Origin: Sulfurovum sp. | GTDB taxonomy: Bacteria > Campylobacterota > Campylobacteria > Campylobacterales > Sulfurovaceae | DNA: 36,492 nucleotides | NCBI GenBank assembly: GCA_041546475.1 | Contig: JBFEWI010000001.1 | Coordinates: 1 to 36,492, forward strand | Direction of reading: 5' to 3' | Shown: positions 36,337 through 36,492 of the stretch, one piece after another | How positions within the stretch are numbered: the stretch's first letter is position 1 | Layout: every line of letters starts with the position of its first letter | Program-made: the position numbers and the translations under genes | The notes under the pieces: generated by a model | Seen by the model: the letters and a program-made list of their open reading frames with translations, nothing else | Databases searched by the model: none | What the model was told of the DNA's origin: nothing

Positions 36337-36492
36337 TTTACACTCCTTGTATATTTGAAATTATCATTAGAATATATTATATTCCTATATAATATTAAAT
36401 GTCAATTAATTCTCAAAATATATTTCTAAAATTTAAAAAACCGATCTTTAATAGGGTTATTTATCTTTGTAGTTTTTATCAATGAGTTTCAG

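Overview
Chromosomal core region around the replication origin of a Campylobacterota bacterium. A Sulfurovum-like sulfur oxidiser is inferred from gene content and the ruvC-dnaA-dnaN layout, not proven. Left to right: (1) a divergently arranged type II secretion (Gsp) cluster, 1-10113, that runs off the left edge, followed by a coupled tail of outer-membrane barrel, RDD, MFS and mobA genes; (2) a LysR/YeiH pair; (3) the tig-clpP-def-comM block, interrupted by a divergent gdhA; (4) two exported DUF302-like genes, mutY, a ~170-bp multi-hairpin intergenic element and folE; (5) nifS-nifU with IscR-like and Fur-like operators; (6) recJ-pyrG-dnaN-dnaA-ruvC with a bipartite oriC (DnaA boxes on both sides of dnaA, DnaA-trios next to dnaN); (7) an L,D-transpeptidase and a small beta-barrel OMP. 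No rRNA, tRNA, CRISPR array, transposase or phage gene was seen. I cannot claim a clearly new multi-gene system. The best leads are the structured element at 23899-24068, the exported DUF302-like pair, a GdhA with a naturally altered substrate pocket, a nested inverted-repeat rod at 27317-27472 and the IscR-type operator at nifSU.
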